From Verrucomicrobiota bacterium (GTDB lineage: Bacteria > Verrucomicrobiota > Verrucomicrobiia > Limisphaerales > Palsa-1400), in assembly GCA_049510745.1 (NCBI GenBank), contig JBEKYR010000013.1, forward strand, positions 1 to 64,000: a stretch of DNA of 64,000 nucleotides, in the 5' to 3' direction. Shown one piece after another: positions 36,376-46,826 of the stretch; the stretch's first letter is position 1; the number at the start of each line of letters is the position of its first letter. The notes beneath the pieces are model-generated. The model ran no database searches. It was given only the letters and a program-made list of their open reading frames with translations, and was not told the DNA's origin. A program made the translations under genes and the position numbers.

Positions 36376-39300
36376 CTACGAGCATCCCAGGCTCTCCCCG
36401 CAGTTGAGGCACTTGTAGCAGGCGCCGTTGCGCACGGCGACGTGGCCGCAGTTGGGACAGGTCGGGGCGTCGAGTTGAAAATGGGAGATGCTCTCGCTCA
36501 GGCTCGTCACGACGCGGCCGGCGGCCGGTTTGGCGTGCTCGCCGTTGCCCTGGCCGTTGGTGGCGCGCCCCGGTTGGAGCAGAATATCGGTGTCGTCGGA
36601 GAGCGGCAGGTCAGGGACCGGCCGGTTTATTTTTTTTTTGACCTCGTCCATCAGGCCGGGCATCGCCAACTCGGGCTGATTGCGGGCGCCGACGCTGGCC
36701 TCGCGGTAGCCGGAAATAAACTGAAGGGCAAGCCAGCGGAAAACATAGTCGATAATGGAGGAGGCATTGCGAATTTCCGGGTTCTTGGTGAAACCGGACG
36801 GCTCGAAGCGTTGGTGGGCGAATTTGCGCAACAACGCTTCGAGCGGCACACCGTATTGCAGAGCCAGACTGGTCAGCGTGCCGACACAGTCCATCAATCC
36901 CCCAATGGTCGATCCCTCCTTGGCCATGGTGATAAAAAGTTCTCCGGGCTGGCCGTCATCGAACAGCCCCACGGTCAAATACCCTTCGTGCCCGGCCACG
37001 TCGAACTTATGGGTGATGGCCGAGCGGGTTTCGGGCAGACGGCGGCGCAACGGCTGGCCGGCCTGCGCTTTGAGCCTTTCGACCTCGGCTTCCAGTTCCT
37101 TGAGACCCACGGTGGCGGAGGGGCCTTCGGCGCCGTCGTTGGTCTTCCGGGTGTTCAACGGCTGCGAGCGTTTGGAGCCGTCGCGGTAAATGGCGACGCA
37201 CTTGAGGCCCATTTTCCAGGCCTGGATATAGGCGTCTTTGATGTGTTCCACCGTGCATTCGTGCGGCAGGTTGACGGTCTTGGAAATGGCGCCGCTGATG
37301 AAGGGTTGGGCCGCCGCCATCATTTTCAGATGGGCCATGTAGCTGATGCTGCGCTGGCCGCGATACGGTTTGAAGGCGCAATCGAACACCGGCAGATGCC
37401 CGGCCTTCAAGCCGCTGCGGATCATCGCGCCGTTCTCCTGCACGTCCTCGATGGTGTCGAATTTCTCGATGTGGGCGGCAATGGCGGCCCGTTCGCGCTC
37501 GCTATAGCCCAGCCGGTTCAGGGCGTCCCCCACCCCGCGGTTGACGATTTTGAGCATGCCGCCGCCGGCCAGCAATTTATATTTGACCAACGCGATGTCC
37601 GGCTCGATCCCCGTCGTGTCGCAATCCATCAGGAAGGCAATGGTCCCGGTGGGCGCCAGCACGGTGACCTGGGCGTTGCGGTAGCCGAACTGCCGCCCAC
37701 TGGACAGCGCGCCGTCCCAGCACCGGCGGGCCTCGTCCTTGAGATAGGCGAATTCATCGCTGGGGTGGATGTCTTCCACCGCGTCGCGATGCAGGTGGAT
37801 GACGCCGAGAGTCGAGGCCACGTTATCCTTGGCCAGGGGTTTGGAGACATGGGCGCAACGGGCGTCGTGGTAGCCCTTGAAGGGCTGCATGACGCGGGCG
37901 ATTTGGGCGGATTGCTCGTAGGCGTGGCCGGTCATGATGGCGGTGACGGCCCCGGCCAGGGCGCGGCCCTCGTCGGAATCATAGGGCAGGCCGTAGCTCA
38001 TGATGAGCGAGCCGAGATTGGCGTAGCCGAGGCCAAGCGTGCGGAAAATGTGCGAGTTCTCCGCGATCTCCTTCGTGGGGTAGCTGGCGTTATCGACCAG
38101 AATCTCCTGGGCGGTGATAAAAATGCGGACTGCCGCCTTGAACCGTTCGATGTCGAACCTCCCGTCCTCGCGTTTGAATTTCATCAAGTTGAGCGAGGCC
38201 AGGTTGCAGGCGGTGTTGTTGATAAAGACGTATTCCGAGCAGGGATTGGTCGAGTGGATCGGCTCGGTGCCTTTGCAGGTGTGCCACTTTTGGATGGCCC
38301 CGTCGAATTGCAGGCCCGGATCCCCGCAAATCCACGTGCCTTCGGCAATTTTGCGCAGCAAGGTCGCGGCGTCCTTTTTCTGCAAGGGACTGCCGTCGGT
38401 CGAGCGGCGCGTCCACCATTCCTGGCCGTCGAGGGCGGCCTGCATGAACGCGTCGCTGGCGCGCACGGAGAGGTTTTCGTTTTGGTACATGACGCTGCCG
38501 TAGGCGTCGCCATTATAGGAGCCGTCGTAGCCCTGTTCGATCAAGGCCCAGGCTTTCTTCTCTTCTTTCTGTTTGGCGTCGATAAACTCCTCGATGTCTC
38601 CATGCCAGTCGCGCAAGGTGTTCATTTTGGCGGCGCGCCGCGTTTTGCCGCCGGATTTGACGACATTGGCGACCTGGTCATAGACCTTGAGGAACGAGAG
38701 AGGGCCGCTGGGCCGGCCGCCGCCGCTGAGTTTTTCGCGGCTGGAACGAATCGGGCTCAGATCGGTGCCCGTGCCGGAGCCGTATTTGAAGAGCATCGCT
38801 TCGCTGTGGGCCAGATGCATGATGCTCTCCATGTTGTCTTCGACCGATTGGATGAAGCAGGCGCTGCCCTGGGGATACTCATATTGGGTGGCGGCGCGCT
38901 CGGCCGCGCCCGTCTGGCGGTTGTAAAACCAATTGCCGCGCGCGGATTGGTTTCCGACATGGTATTGGGGGTAAAGGCCGACGTTGAACCAGACGGGCGA
39001 ATTGAAGGCGCCATATTGGTTGAGGCAAAGCCAGGTCAATTCGTCATAAAAGACTTCCCCTTTCGCCTTGTCAAAATAGTGATCGCGCACACCCCAATCG
39101 GCAATGGTGCGGCAAACCCGATGGATCAATTGGCGGACGGACGTTTCCCGTTCGCTGGTGTTCTGTTCGCCGTAAAAATACTTCGAAACAACCACTTTGG
39201 CGGCCAAAAGCGACCACGCTTTTGGGACTTCGACGTTTTCCTGTTTGAAAATGACCTGGCCGCGCTCATCGGTGATTTCCGCGGTGCGGCTTTCCCACTC

Positions 39301-39468
39301 GACCTGGTCGAAAGGTTTGACGGCCGGATCGCTAAAAAAGCGTTCCATCGGCAGCGACGTTGCGACTGGGGTTTGGGCTGGCCGGCCGCGGACGGCAGTC
39401 GAAGATTTGGAACGCCGCCGGTGGGAGGATTGAACGGCAGACTGGACTTGATCGCGTGCGTCAATCAT
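36376..39468 (-). CDS. nrdJ: Adenosylcobalamin-dependent (class II) ribonucleotide reductase
   Basis: FNSPVWFN, QGSACFI, GGKTRRAAKM, TNPCSE, ACNLAS, APTGTI, ISKTVN; C-terminal TSCPD domain and CPNC...CLNC. Confidence 0.95.
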   Translation of the reverse strand: MIDARDQVQSAVQSSHRRRSKSSTAVRGRPAQTPVATSLPMERFFSDPAVKPFDQVEWESRTAEITDERGQVIFKQENVEVPKAWSLLAAKVVVSKYFYGEQNTSERETSVRQLIHRVCRTIADWGVRDHYFDKAKGEVFYDELTWLCLNQYGAFNSPVWFNVGLYPQYHVGNQSARGNWFYNRQTGAAERAATQYEYPQGSACFIQSVEDNMESIMHLAHSEAMLFKYGSGTGTDLSPIRSSREKLSGGGRPSGPLSFLKVYDQVANVVKSGGKTRRAAKMNTLRDWHGDIEEFIDAKQKEEKKAWALIEQGYDGSYNGDAYGSVMYQNENLSVRASDAFMQAALDGQEWWTRRSTDGSPLQKKDAATLLRKIAEGTWICGDPGLQFDGAIQKWHTCKGTEPIHSTNPCSEYVFINNTACNLASLNLMKFKREDGRFDIERFKAAVRIFITAQEILVDNASYPTKEIAENSHIFRTLGLGYANLGSLIMSYGLPYDSDEGRALAGAVTAIMTGHAYEQSAQIARVMQPFKGYHDARCAHVSKPLAKDNVASTLGVIHLHRDAVEDIHPSDEFAYLKDEARRCWDGALSSGRQFGYRNAQVTVLAPTGTIAFLMDCDTTGIEPDIALVKYKLLAGGGMLKIVNRGVGDALNRLGYSERERAAIAAHIEKFDTIEDVQENGAMIRSGLKAGHLPVFDCAFKPYRGQRSISYMAHLKMMAAAQPFISGAISKTVNLPHECTVEHIKDAYIQAWKMGLKCVAIYRDGSKRSQPLNTRKTNDGAEGPSATVGLKELEAEVERLKAQAGQPLRRRLPETRSAITHKFDVAGHEGYLTVGLFDDGQPGELFITMAKEGSTIGGLMDCVGTLTSLALQYGVPLEALLRKFAHQRFEPSGFTKNPEIRNASSIIDYVFRWLALQFISGYREASVGARNQPELAMPGLMDEVKKKINRPVPDLPLSDDTDILLQPGRATNGQGNGEHAKPAAGRVVTSLSESISHFQLDAPTCPNCGHVAVRNGACYKCLNCGESLGCS

Positions 39469-39602
39469 GGCAATTCCTTCATTTGAATCTCTGGTTAAGC
39501 TTATCCGACAAAAATCTTTCAATCACCCTCCACCGGCCGGTGGCTACAAGACACGGTTCCACACCGCCAGCCCCATCCAGTAGGGAGTCCATTTCGAGCG
39601 TA

Positions 39603-39618
39603 ACACCACATATAGTGG
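39603..39618. promoter_or_regulatory. NrdR box
   Basis: ACACCACATATAGTGG resembles the acaCwAtATaTwGtg consensus and lies ~135 bp upstream of nrdJ. Confidence 0.75.
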
Positions 39619-39900
39619 TTGCAAGCGTTTTTTTTCAAAAAGTTATTGCCATGTTTTTCACAGGAAAAAAGGCCGCTTTCCGCCCGAAAAAGGGCCATTT
39701 TGGCTGCCAAAAACCTCCCCCGCCAGCGGGCTGATCATCCAATCCCTCCCGGACACCTTGGCCGCAGTCGCATCGAGAAGTGGCTGGCCATGAACAGGCA
39801 GCGATTGTCAACGCTCTGGCCGAATCTCTCCAATCCTGAGGCCTGGATTTCTCAAAATCCACCCTCCCCATTTGAAATCAAACCTTTTGGAGGTTTTTGC

Positions 39901-39927
39901 TAAGTGTTTCCCCGTTTCTGCCGATAA
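39901..39927 (+). promoter_or_regulatory. Sigma28 (FliA) promoter of the chemotaxis operon
   Basis: TAAG-N15-GCCGATAA (consensus TAAA-N15-GCCGATAA) upstream of cheW. Confidence 0.85.
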
Positions 39928-40114
39928 AGAAGGTGGCACTTGCAAATTGCGCTGCAAGCAGCGTTCTCGGATAGGACTCTGGGCCTGTCAGACGAAGGCG
40001 CGTTCGAGCCATTCGCCCTCCCGGAGGGTTTCAAGACTCGGAGGTGCCTTTTTTGCCCCCGGCCCACCCGAGCGAGCGTCGCAGACGCCCTTGCGCCGGA
40101 ACATAACGAGTACT

Positions 40115-40627
40115 ATGACAACGACATCGGAAGCAAATTCATCCACCCTTTTGGCCAAGCCGGGAAAGTACCTCACCTTCTTGCTGGGACACGAGTCCTA
40201 CGGGCTGCCCGTGCTCAAAGTTCGTGAGATCATCCGCCTGGTCGAAATCACGCCCGTTCCCCACATGCCCCCCTATGTCAAAGGCGTCATCAACCTGCGT
40301 GGAAAACTCGTGCCGGTGATGGACTTACGCATCCGATTCGATCTCGCCGCCCGCGACTTTACGGAGAGCACCTGCATTGTTGTTGCCCAGGTGAAATCCG
40401 CTTCCGGCGGGGCCGTCCACATGGGCTTTATCGTCGATGGAGTCGAGGAGGTCCTCAACCTCAACCAGGGGGACATTGAAAAAACGCCCGATTTTGGGAT
40501 AAAACTTTCCACGGAATACCTCCTCGGGATGGCCAATGTCAAAAACAAGGTCATCGCCTTGTTGGACATCGACCAGGTGGTCGATAAGGCCTCGCTCGAA
40601 AGGCTCAACGAAACCGCCGCCACTTAG
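40115..40627 (+). CDS. cheW: Chemotaxis coupling protein CheW
   Basis: [50 protein letters not shown]. Confidence 0.95.
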   Translation: MTTTSEANSSTLLAKPGKYLTFLLGHESYGLPVLKVREIIRLVEITPVPHMPPYVKGVINLRGKLVPVMDLRIRFDLAARDFTESTCIVVAQVKSASGGAVHMGFIVDGVEEVLNLNQGDIEKTPDFGIKLSTEYLLGMANVKNKVIALLDIDQVVDKASLERLNETAAT

Positions 40628-40646
40628 GACTCCAAACAAGAAAGTT

Positions 40647-42272
40647 ATGAAAAACTGGACCATCGCAAAAAGACTGGCCTCCACGCTCACCATCGTGACA
40701 GTCAGCATCATTCTGCTCGGACTTGCCTCCTGGCTGAAAACAGAACAAATCTCCGGCAATGTTGAGGAGATTGTCAACCAAAGCATGCCCGAACTTGCCC
40801 TGGCGGGGAATATCCGCTTTCAAGTCGTGCTTTTGCGGGTGACCAATCTCAAACACGCCCTGTACACTGATCCCGCCAAAAAAGACGCCTTGGAAAAGGA
40901 TGCCGAGGCGCAGGAACAACAGCTCTCCGAGCGGGTCCAGCAATACGATAAGTATGCAACAACTTTCGAGCAGCGCTCTCTCTACTCGCAAATGGGGCCT
41001 CTTTTGGAGAGCTACAAAAGCGAGACCCGGAAGCTTCGGGATGCCAGCCGGCAAAACAAAACCGAGGAGGTGCAAAAGTTCCTGCTTTCGGCGGGTCAAA
41101 TAGGCAATGAGTTTGTCAAGGTGGTCGAAAATTTGAGCAGTTTGAGCACCCTCCGCGTGGAGGCGAACGGTCGCGATGTCGTCCGGCTTATTTCCGCGTC
41201 CAAGTTGACCGTGCTGCTGTTTGTATTCCTGACCGTCGCGGTGAGCGTGGTTCTCGGAACGCTGACCACCCGAAGCATTTCAGGGGTTCTTCATCGGGCG
41301 GCTGACAAACTGTCCGCGGGAGCCGAACAAACGGCCGCCGCTTCGGGACAAGTCTCCGCCGCCAGCCAGATGCTGGCGGAGGGCGCCAGTGAACAAGCTG
41401 CCTCCCTCGAAGAAACCAGCGCCTCGCTTGAGGAAATTTCCAGCATGTCAAAGAGGAACGCAGAACACGCGCAAACGACCAAAGGCCTGGCCAACCTGGC
41501 CCGCGTCGCGGCCGACTCCGGCGCCAGCGACATGCAGAAGATGAGTCTGGCCATGCAAGACATCAAGTCCTCCAGCGATGACATCAGCAAAATCATCAAA
41601 ACAATAGATGAAATCGCCTTTCAAACGAACATCCTCGCCCTCAACGCGGCCGTCGAGGCGGCTCGAGCTGGCGAGGCCGGCATGGGCTTTGCCGTTGTGG
41701 CCGACGAGGTGCGTAACCTGGCGCAAAGGAGCGCCCAGGCCGCCAAGGAAACGGCGGCCAAGATCGAGACCGCCATCGCCAAGACCTCGCAAGGCGTGCA
41801 GATGAGCGAAAAGGTGGCGCAAAGTCTGGCGGAGATCGTCACCAATGCCCGCAAAGTCGATGAATTAGTCGCTGAAATCGCCACCGCTTCAAAAGAGCAG
41901 AATGACGGCGTCACCCAAGTGAACACAGCGGTGTCCCAGATGGACAAAGTCACCCAAAGCAACGCCGCCAGCGCCGAAGAAAGCGCCAGCGCGGCGCAGG
42001 AATTAAATGCGCAGACCCATGTGCTGCGCGGCGTGGTCGGCGAGTTGCTCACGTTGGTTGGGAGCGCAAATGAGCCAATATCCACTGGCGACGCGCCCGC
42101 TCCAAGGCCGGCGGCGGCCGACGCCCCAAGGAAGCCAGCCGTCGCGCCTATCAGAAAGACGTCCCAAAACGGCCAGGGACGGAAGTCACCCGCCGCGATT
42201 ATCTCGCTGGCGGCAGCCGACTCTCGCAAGAAATCCGAACTGCCGATGGAAGGCGACTTTACATCATTCTGA
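40647..42272 (+). CDS. Methyl-accepting chemotaxis protein (2 TM, four-helix-bundle sensor)
   Basis: Hairpin tip [41 protein letters not shown]-terminal pentapeptide DFTSF after a flexible linker (CheR/CheB tether type). Confidence 0.95.
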   Translation: MKNWTIAKRLASTLTIVTVSIILLGLASWLKTEQISGNVEEIVNQSMPELALAGNIRFQVVLLRVTNLKHALYTDPAKKDALEKDAEAQEQQLSERVQQYDKYATTFEQRSLYSQMGPLLESYKSETRKLRDASRQNKTEEVQKFLLSAGQIGNEFVKVVENLSSLSTLRVEANGRDVVRLISASKLTVLLFVFLTVAVSVVLGTLTTRSISGVLHRAADKLSAGAEQTAAASGQVSAASQMLAEGASEQAASLEETSASLEEISSMSKRNAEHAQTTKGLANLARVAADSGASDMQKMSLAMQDIKSSSDDISKIIKTIDEIAFQTNILALNAAVEAARAGEAGMGFAVVADEVRNLAQRSAQAAKETAAKIETAIAKTSQGVQMSEKVAQSLAEIVTNARKVDELVAEIATASKEQNDGVTQVNTAVSQMDKVTQSNAASAEESASAAQELNAQTHVLRGVVGELLTLVGSANEPISTGDAPAPRPAAADAPRKPAVAPIRKTSQNGQGRKSPAAIISLAAADSRKKSELPMEGDFTSF

Positions 42273-42402
42273 GTTCGACAAGTTTTATCCGCCCATGACG
42301 CCAAACAACAGATGTCCGGCAATGAGGCTAAATCGGGCTGCTCCGAGCCGCACAGAGGGTCACGAAGGCTGGCATCCGCAGTGTTGATCGAGACAAGCAC
42401 CC

Positions 42403-44580
42403 ATGAAAACAGAACTGTGCGCCAAACTGAAGAGGCTTGGTGACAAGATTGCCACCGAGTTGGTCTTCGCCGAGGCAGGCAAGGATCTTGGATTACTGCC
42501 CGTTAATAGCCTGCTGGGCCAGATTGAGGAGTTGATAGGCCGGGAGGAGTCAGCCGAGCTGCTGGCGCGCGCCACCAAAGAGGCGCGCCGGTGGGTCAAC
42601 GGCCTCTTCGATTCCACCGGCACGTTCAATATGCTTGTGCTCAAGCGTCTGGCAGAATGGGTGGAATGGTGGCAGACCTCCCTTTCCGCCTGTGAAGCCC
42701 AGGGCGCCCCGCCTCCCCTCCCCGCCGACTGGCAGAATGCCGCGGAGAGGCCGGTTGAGCTTGCATCATCCCCATCTGAGAAGGAGGAGCCGCTGTTGGA
42801 GCTGAACCTGGAGCAGGATGGCGAGTTGCTGAATGAATTCATCAACGAATCTCAAGAGCACCTGCAAAACATCGAACAAGGCGTGCTGGTGCTCGAACAG
42901 CATCCCACCGACGCCGACACCCTGCACTCCATCTTCCGCGCCTTTCACACCTTCAAGGGCGGCTCCGGCTTTCTGAATCTAACCGCGATTCAAACTCTGG
43001 CACATGAACTCGAGTCGTTGCTTGATCTGGCCCGGCACCAGAAGCTGGCCATCACGCCTTCTGTCATCAATCTGATATTGGAGGGTGGAGATACGCTCAG
43101 ACAATTCTGCAACGAGATGGCGGCCCAACTGGCTGGCAAAAAACCGCTCAGTCCAATTGTGGTGCCCACCCTCCGCTTGCTCGAGCGCATCCGTTCGGCA
43201 CTGGCTGGCGGGCCGGCCTCCATCGTCGTCCCAACCTCCTCCGCCGCCGCGTTGGAGCAGCCTCGTCCGGAAGCTGCAGCCATTGTGCCGTCCGAGGACG
43301 TTGAGTTGCCTTCAGCCCAACCGCCAGCGCCCAAGGCGCCCGCCACCGTCACGCCTGCGGCTGGCCCGGGAACCGGCGCCACAGCCAGAGCGAACCCTGC
43401 TGGAACCGTGGTCAAGGTGGACACGATGAAGCTGGATAGCCTGATGGACCTCGTGGGTGAAATGTTGATTGCACAATCGCTCGTGGTGCAGAACAGGGAT
43501 CTCAATTCCCTGCAGAATGAACAACTGACTCGTGACTTGGCGCATCTGGGCCGAATCAGCAAGGATTTGCAGCATACGGTCATGTCCCTGCGGATGGTGC
43601 CCATCCACGCCACCTTTCAGAAGATGAACCGCCTGGTGCGGGACCTATCCATGAAAGTCGGCAAGCAAATCGATCTCGTGACCGAAGGAGAGGATACAGA
43701 ACTGGACCGCACGATTGTGGAGGAGATCAGCGATCCTCTCGCCCACATGATTCGCAACTCGATTGATCATGGCATCGAAAAGCCGGCGTTTCGATTGCAA
43801 CGCGGCAAGCCGGCTCAGGGCACAGTTTCTCTCAGAGCTTTCCATCAAGGCGGAAATATCGTCATTGAGATCAAGGACAACGGCAACGGCCTGGATCGCA
43901 AAAAAATCCTTACCAAAGCCATTGAAAAAGGACTCGTAAAGCCCGATGAGCAGCCTCCTGACAGTGAACTGTTCAACCTGATCCTGAGCCCCGGCTTGTC
44001 CACGGCCGAGACAGTCACCGAACTCTCCGGCCGCGGCGTCGGCATGGATGTCGTCAGGCGTAACATCGAGAAGCTGCGCGGCAAGATAGAAATTCGATCC
44101 AACCCTGGGCAAGGTTCGACTTTCAGCATATTTCTGCCGCTGACGCTGGCCATCATTGATGGCTTGCTCGTTGGGGTTGGCCAGCACCGTTACATTGTGC
44201 CCACATTGCTGGTGCGCGAGTCATTCCGGCCCATGGCAAATATGATCCATACGCTGCACGAACGCGGCGAAATGATCAATTTGCGCGGCCGGCTGCATCC
44301 GCTGCTGCGGCTCTATGCACACTTGGGAGTCGAACCCGCCACGACCGATCCCATGCAGTCTATCGTCGTCGTGGTGGAAGCAGGCAGTGAAATCCGCTGT
44401 TTGCTGGTGGACAAACTGCTGGGCAAACACGAAGTGGTTATCAAGAGTCTTGGCGAAACCTTTCGCCGAAACAGATACCTGGCGGGCGCCGCCATTCTCG
44501 GCGACGGGCGCGTCGGCTTGATTCTTGATCCGCATGCTCTGGTGCAGATGGAATCGGCTTCGTTGGAGGCCGCAGCCTGA
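42403..44580 (+). CDS. cheA: Chemotaxis histidine kinase CheA
   Basis: Hpt IFRAFHTFKG; KLDSLMDLVGEM; HMIRNSIDHGIE; SGRGVGMDVV; C-terminal CheW-like domain. Extra ~130-aa helical N-terminus. Confidence 0.95.
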   Translation: MKTELCAKLKRLGDKIATELVFAEAGKDLGLLPVNSLLGQIEELIGREESAELLARATKEARRWVNGLFDSTGTFNMLVLKRLAEWVEWWQTSLSACEAQGAPPPLPADWQNAAERPVELASSPSEKEEPLLELNLEQDGELLNEFINESQEHLQNIEQGVLVLEQHPTDADTLHSIFRAFHTFKGGSGFLNLTAIQTLAHELESLLDLARHQKLAITPSVINLILEGGDTLRQFCNEMAAQLAGKKPLSPIVVPTLRLLERIRSALAGGPASIVVPTSSAAALEQPRPEAAAIVPSEDVELPSAQPPAPKAPATVTPAAGPGTGATARANPAGTVVKVDTMKLDSLMDLVGEMLIAQSLVVQNRDLNSLQNEQLTRDLAHLGRISKDLQHTVMSLRMVPIHATFQKMNRLVRDLSMKVGKQIDLVTEGEDTELDRTIVEEISDPLAHMIRNSIDHGIEKPAFRLQRGKPAQGTVSLRAFHQGGNIVIEIKDNGNGLDRKKILTKAIEKGLVKPDEQPPDSELFNLILSPGLSTAETVTELSGRGVGMDVVRRNIEKLRGKIEIRSNPGQGSTFSIFLPLTLAIIDGLLVGVGQHRYIVPTLLVRESFRPMANMIHTLHERGEMINLRGRLHPLLRLYAHLGVEPATTDPMQSIVVVVEAGSEIRCLLVDKLLGKHEVVIKSLGETFRRNRYLAGAAILGDGRVGLILDPHALVQMESASLEAAA

Positions 44581-44606
44581 AGCCGCCTGCAACTTTTCAC
44601 CTGGCT

Positions 44607-45446
44607 ATGCCGCCGATTATGAAAGCAGATGCCGCGGAGGCGGAGGCTTGCCAGTACATCGCCAGACTCGTTTATGACCGATGCCGAATCCGGCTGCACG
44701 AGGGCAAGGATGCCCTCATCAAAGCCCGGCTGGGCAAACGCCTGCGCAAACAGGGGTTCGCCGGGCTGGCAGAATACTGTGATTTCCTGCGCGCCACGCG
44801 CGATGAAGAGGAAGTCACCAGAGTCATTGACGCGCTGACCACCAACTTCACCAATTTCCTTCGCGAAGCGGACCATTTCAAGTTTCTGGTCGAACAGGCG
44901 CTGCCTTCGGCGTTGCCCAAGGGCGAAAAAAAATTCCGCATTTGGAGCGCCGCGAGTTCTTCCGGCGAGGAACCCTACACCATCGCCTTCTATCTTTCCG
45001 AGCACTACCCGCCCGCCTTGGGCTGGGATTGGCGGATTGCCGCATCCGATATTTCCACCAAAGTGCTCGAAAAGGCGCGGCTGGGAATCTACCCGGTCGA
45101 ACAGTTGGACGCGGTGCCGAGGGATTGGTTGCGCAAATACTTCCAGAAGGGCGTCGGGCGCTGGGAGGGCTGTTGCCGCGTCAAATCCAGCATTACCGAA
45201 CGGGTCTCTTTCCGGCAGATCAACCTCATCAAGCCTTACAGTCATCCGCAGCCATTCGAGATCATTTTCTGCCGTAATGTCATGATTTATTTCGACCGCC
45301 CCACGCAGGAGCAACTGGTGAACCGGCTCTGCCATTTCCTGGCGCCCCAAGGCTACCTCCTCACCGGCCACTCGGAGAGCCTCAATGGTCTGAATCTTCC
45401 GCTGCGCTGCCTGCGGCCCAGCATTTACCAAAGGAGCCCGGCCTAG
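44607..45446 (+). CDS. cheR: Chemotaxis methyltransferase CheR
   Basis: LTTNFTNFLRE; IWSAASSSGEEPYT; IFCRNVMIYFD; GHSESL. Confidence 0.95.
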   Translation: MPPIMKADAAEAEACQYIARLVYDRCRIRLHEGKDALIKARLGKRLRKQGFAGLAEYCDFLRATRDEEEVTRVIDALTTNFTNFLREADHFKFLVEQALPSALPKGEKKFRIWSAASSSGEEPYTIAFYLSEHYPPALGWDWRIAASDISTKVLEKARLGIYPVEQLDAVPRDWLRKYFQKGVGRWEGCCRVKSSITERVSFRQINLIKPYSHPQPFEIIFCRNVMIYFDRPTQEQLVNRLCHFLAPQGYLLTGHSESLNGLNLPLRCLRPSIYQRSPA

Positions 45447-45448
45447 CC

Positions 45449-45994
45449 ATGCTTTCCCCTTCCCTTGCGACAATGATGGGTTTTGAAAGGAACCTCGTCG
45501 TCGGCGTCGGCGGCTTGGCGGTTTCCAACAACCAAGCCATGATCCTGACGACCTATTCGCTGGGTTCCTGCCTGGGCGTCACGATTTACGATCCGGTCAG
45601 GCGCGCCGGCGGGTTGCTGCACGCCATGCTGCCGGATTCGTCGATCAATACCAGCAAAGCCAGCGAGCAACCCGCCATGTTTGTCGATACTGGGATGGGC
45701 GCCTTGTTTCGCGCCGCCTATGCGCTCAAGGCGGAAAAACGCCGGCTGCAAATCTGCGTGGCCGGCGGCGCCCAGTTCCTGGACCAAACCGGGGTCTTCA
45801 ACATCGGCCAGCGCAACTACGCCTGTCTGATCCAACTGCTCGACCAGCATGGTCTGTCGATTGATGCCAAGGATGTCGGAGGACTGGTCAGCCGAACCCT
45901 CCATCTCTATTTGAGCACGGGCGAGGTGCGCCTGAAGATCTCCGGCCAGAGCACAGAAACCATTCTGTTCAGAGGTTATGCAAACATTGGATAA
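45449..45994 (+). CDS. cheD: Chemoreceptor glutamine deamidase CheD
   Basis: SLGSCLGVTIYDP; GGLLHAMLP; NIGQRN; DVGG...R. Confidence 0.92.
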   Translation: MLSPSLATMMGFERNLVVGVGGLAVSNNQAMILTTYSLGSCLGVTIYDPVRRAGGLLHAMLPDSSINTSKASEQPAMFVDTGMGALFRAAYALKAEKRRLQICVAGGAQFLDQTGVFNIGQRNYACLIQLLDQHGLSIDAKDVGGLVSRTLHLYLSTGEVRLKISGQSTETILFRGYANIG

Positions 45995-46826
45995 TTTCAT
46001 CAAAGAGATAAAAACGCTGCCCCCCGCCCCGCGGGTTCTCTCTCGGTTGCTCGTGCTTTTGAACCAGCCTGACGCCCACGCCAGCCAGATCGTCGAACTC
46101 ATCGCCTTCGATCCGGCGCTGACGGCCAAGGTTCTGCAGCGCTGCAACAACGCCGCTTCCGGCCTGGACCACTCCGTCTCCGACCTGGACGAAGCCGTCA
46201 CCCATGTGGGCTTCAACGTGATTTATCGGCTGGTGGCGATGGTCATCGGTGAAGGTCTCCTGGGCTCGGAGCAACCGGGCTACGGCATTGGCACGGGCGA
46301 ATTGTGGGAGCATTCGGTCACCACGGCCGTGGCCGCCAGGGTCATTGCCCGGAAACTGGGCGGCGAGGAGAATCTCGCTTTTACGGCCGCGCTGCTGCAT
46401 GACATCGGCAAACTGGTGCTCGGCGCATTTCTGGAGGGTTCCCGGCAGGCCGTGCTCAGGGAAACAGGCTCTTCGGCCCATTCATTTCTCGAAGCCGAAA
46501 AAGCGATTCTGGGCGTCGAACACGCGGAGATCGGCGGACGGGTGCTGGCGCAATGGAATTTCCCGGAGAATCTGGTCAGCGCCGTCTGGCATCATCACGA
46601 CCCGGCCCAAGCCCGGCCGCACGAGCAATTGGCCGCTTATGTTCATTTGGGCGACATCATCGCCCACTGTCTCGGACAGGCCCAAGGGTTCGATTCTTTC
46701 GCCGTGCGGCCCAGGGCGGAGGCGCTGGAAATCCTGGAGATCAGCCCGAAGGAGATTGACACGTTGGTCCTCGAATCAGACGCGGCCCTGAAACAATGCA
46801 ACGTGTTGACCCGGATAACGTTATGA
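45978..46826 (+). CDS. HDOD-domain signal transduction protein
   Basis: LPPAPRV; DPALTAKVLQRCN; LWEHS; ALLHDIGKL; HAEIGGRVLAQWNFP; HHHDP. Confidence 0.9.
   Translation: MQTLDNFIKEIKTLPPAPRVLSRLLVLLNQPDAHASQIVELIAFDPALTAKVLQRCNNAASGLDHSVSDLDEAVTHVGFNVIYRLVAMVIGEGLLGSEQPGYGIGTGELWEHSVTTAVAARVIARKLGGEENLAFTAALLHDIGKLVLGAFLEGSRQAVLRETGSSAHSFLEAEKAILGVEHAEIGGRVLAQWNFPENLVSAVWHHHDPAQARPHEQLAAYVHLGDIIAHCLGQAQGFDSFAVRPRAEALEILEISPKEIDTLVLESDAALKQCNVLTRITL

Noticed and set aside
36376..39468. Intein or intron in nrdJ
   Set aside because: The catalytic motifs are contiguous and no splicing motifs were seen; the length is explained by the TSCPD and zinc-ribbon tail.
36442..39486. 1014-aa plus-strand ORF and similar long antisense ORFs (598..2721, 3602..5848, 10768..13293, 20845..22401, 48407..49531)
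   Set aside because: Shadow frames of well-supported genes in high-GC DNA, with no motifs of their own.
39933..39950. Sigma54 promoter (TGGCACTTGCAAATTGC) upstream of cheW
   Set aside because: GG-to-GC spacing is 12 rather than 10; the sigma28 motif just upstream fits much better.
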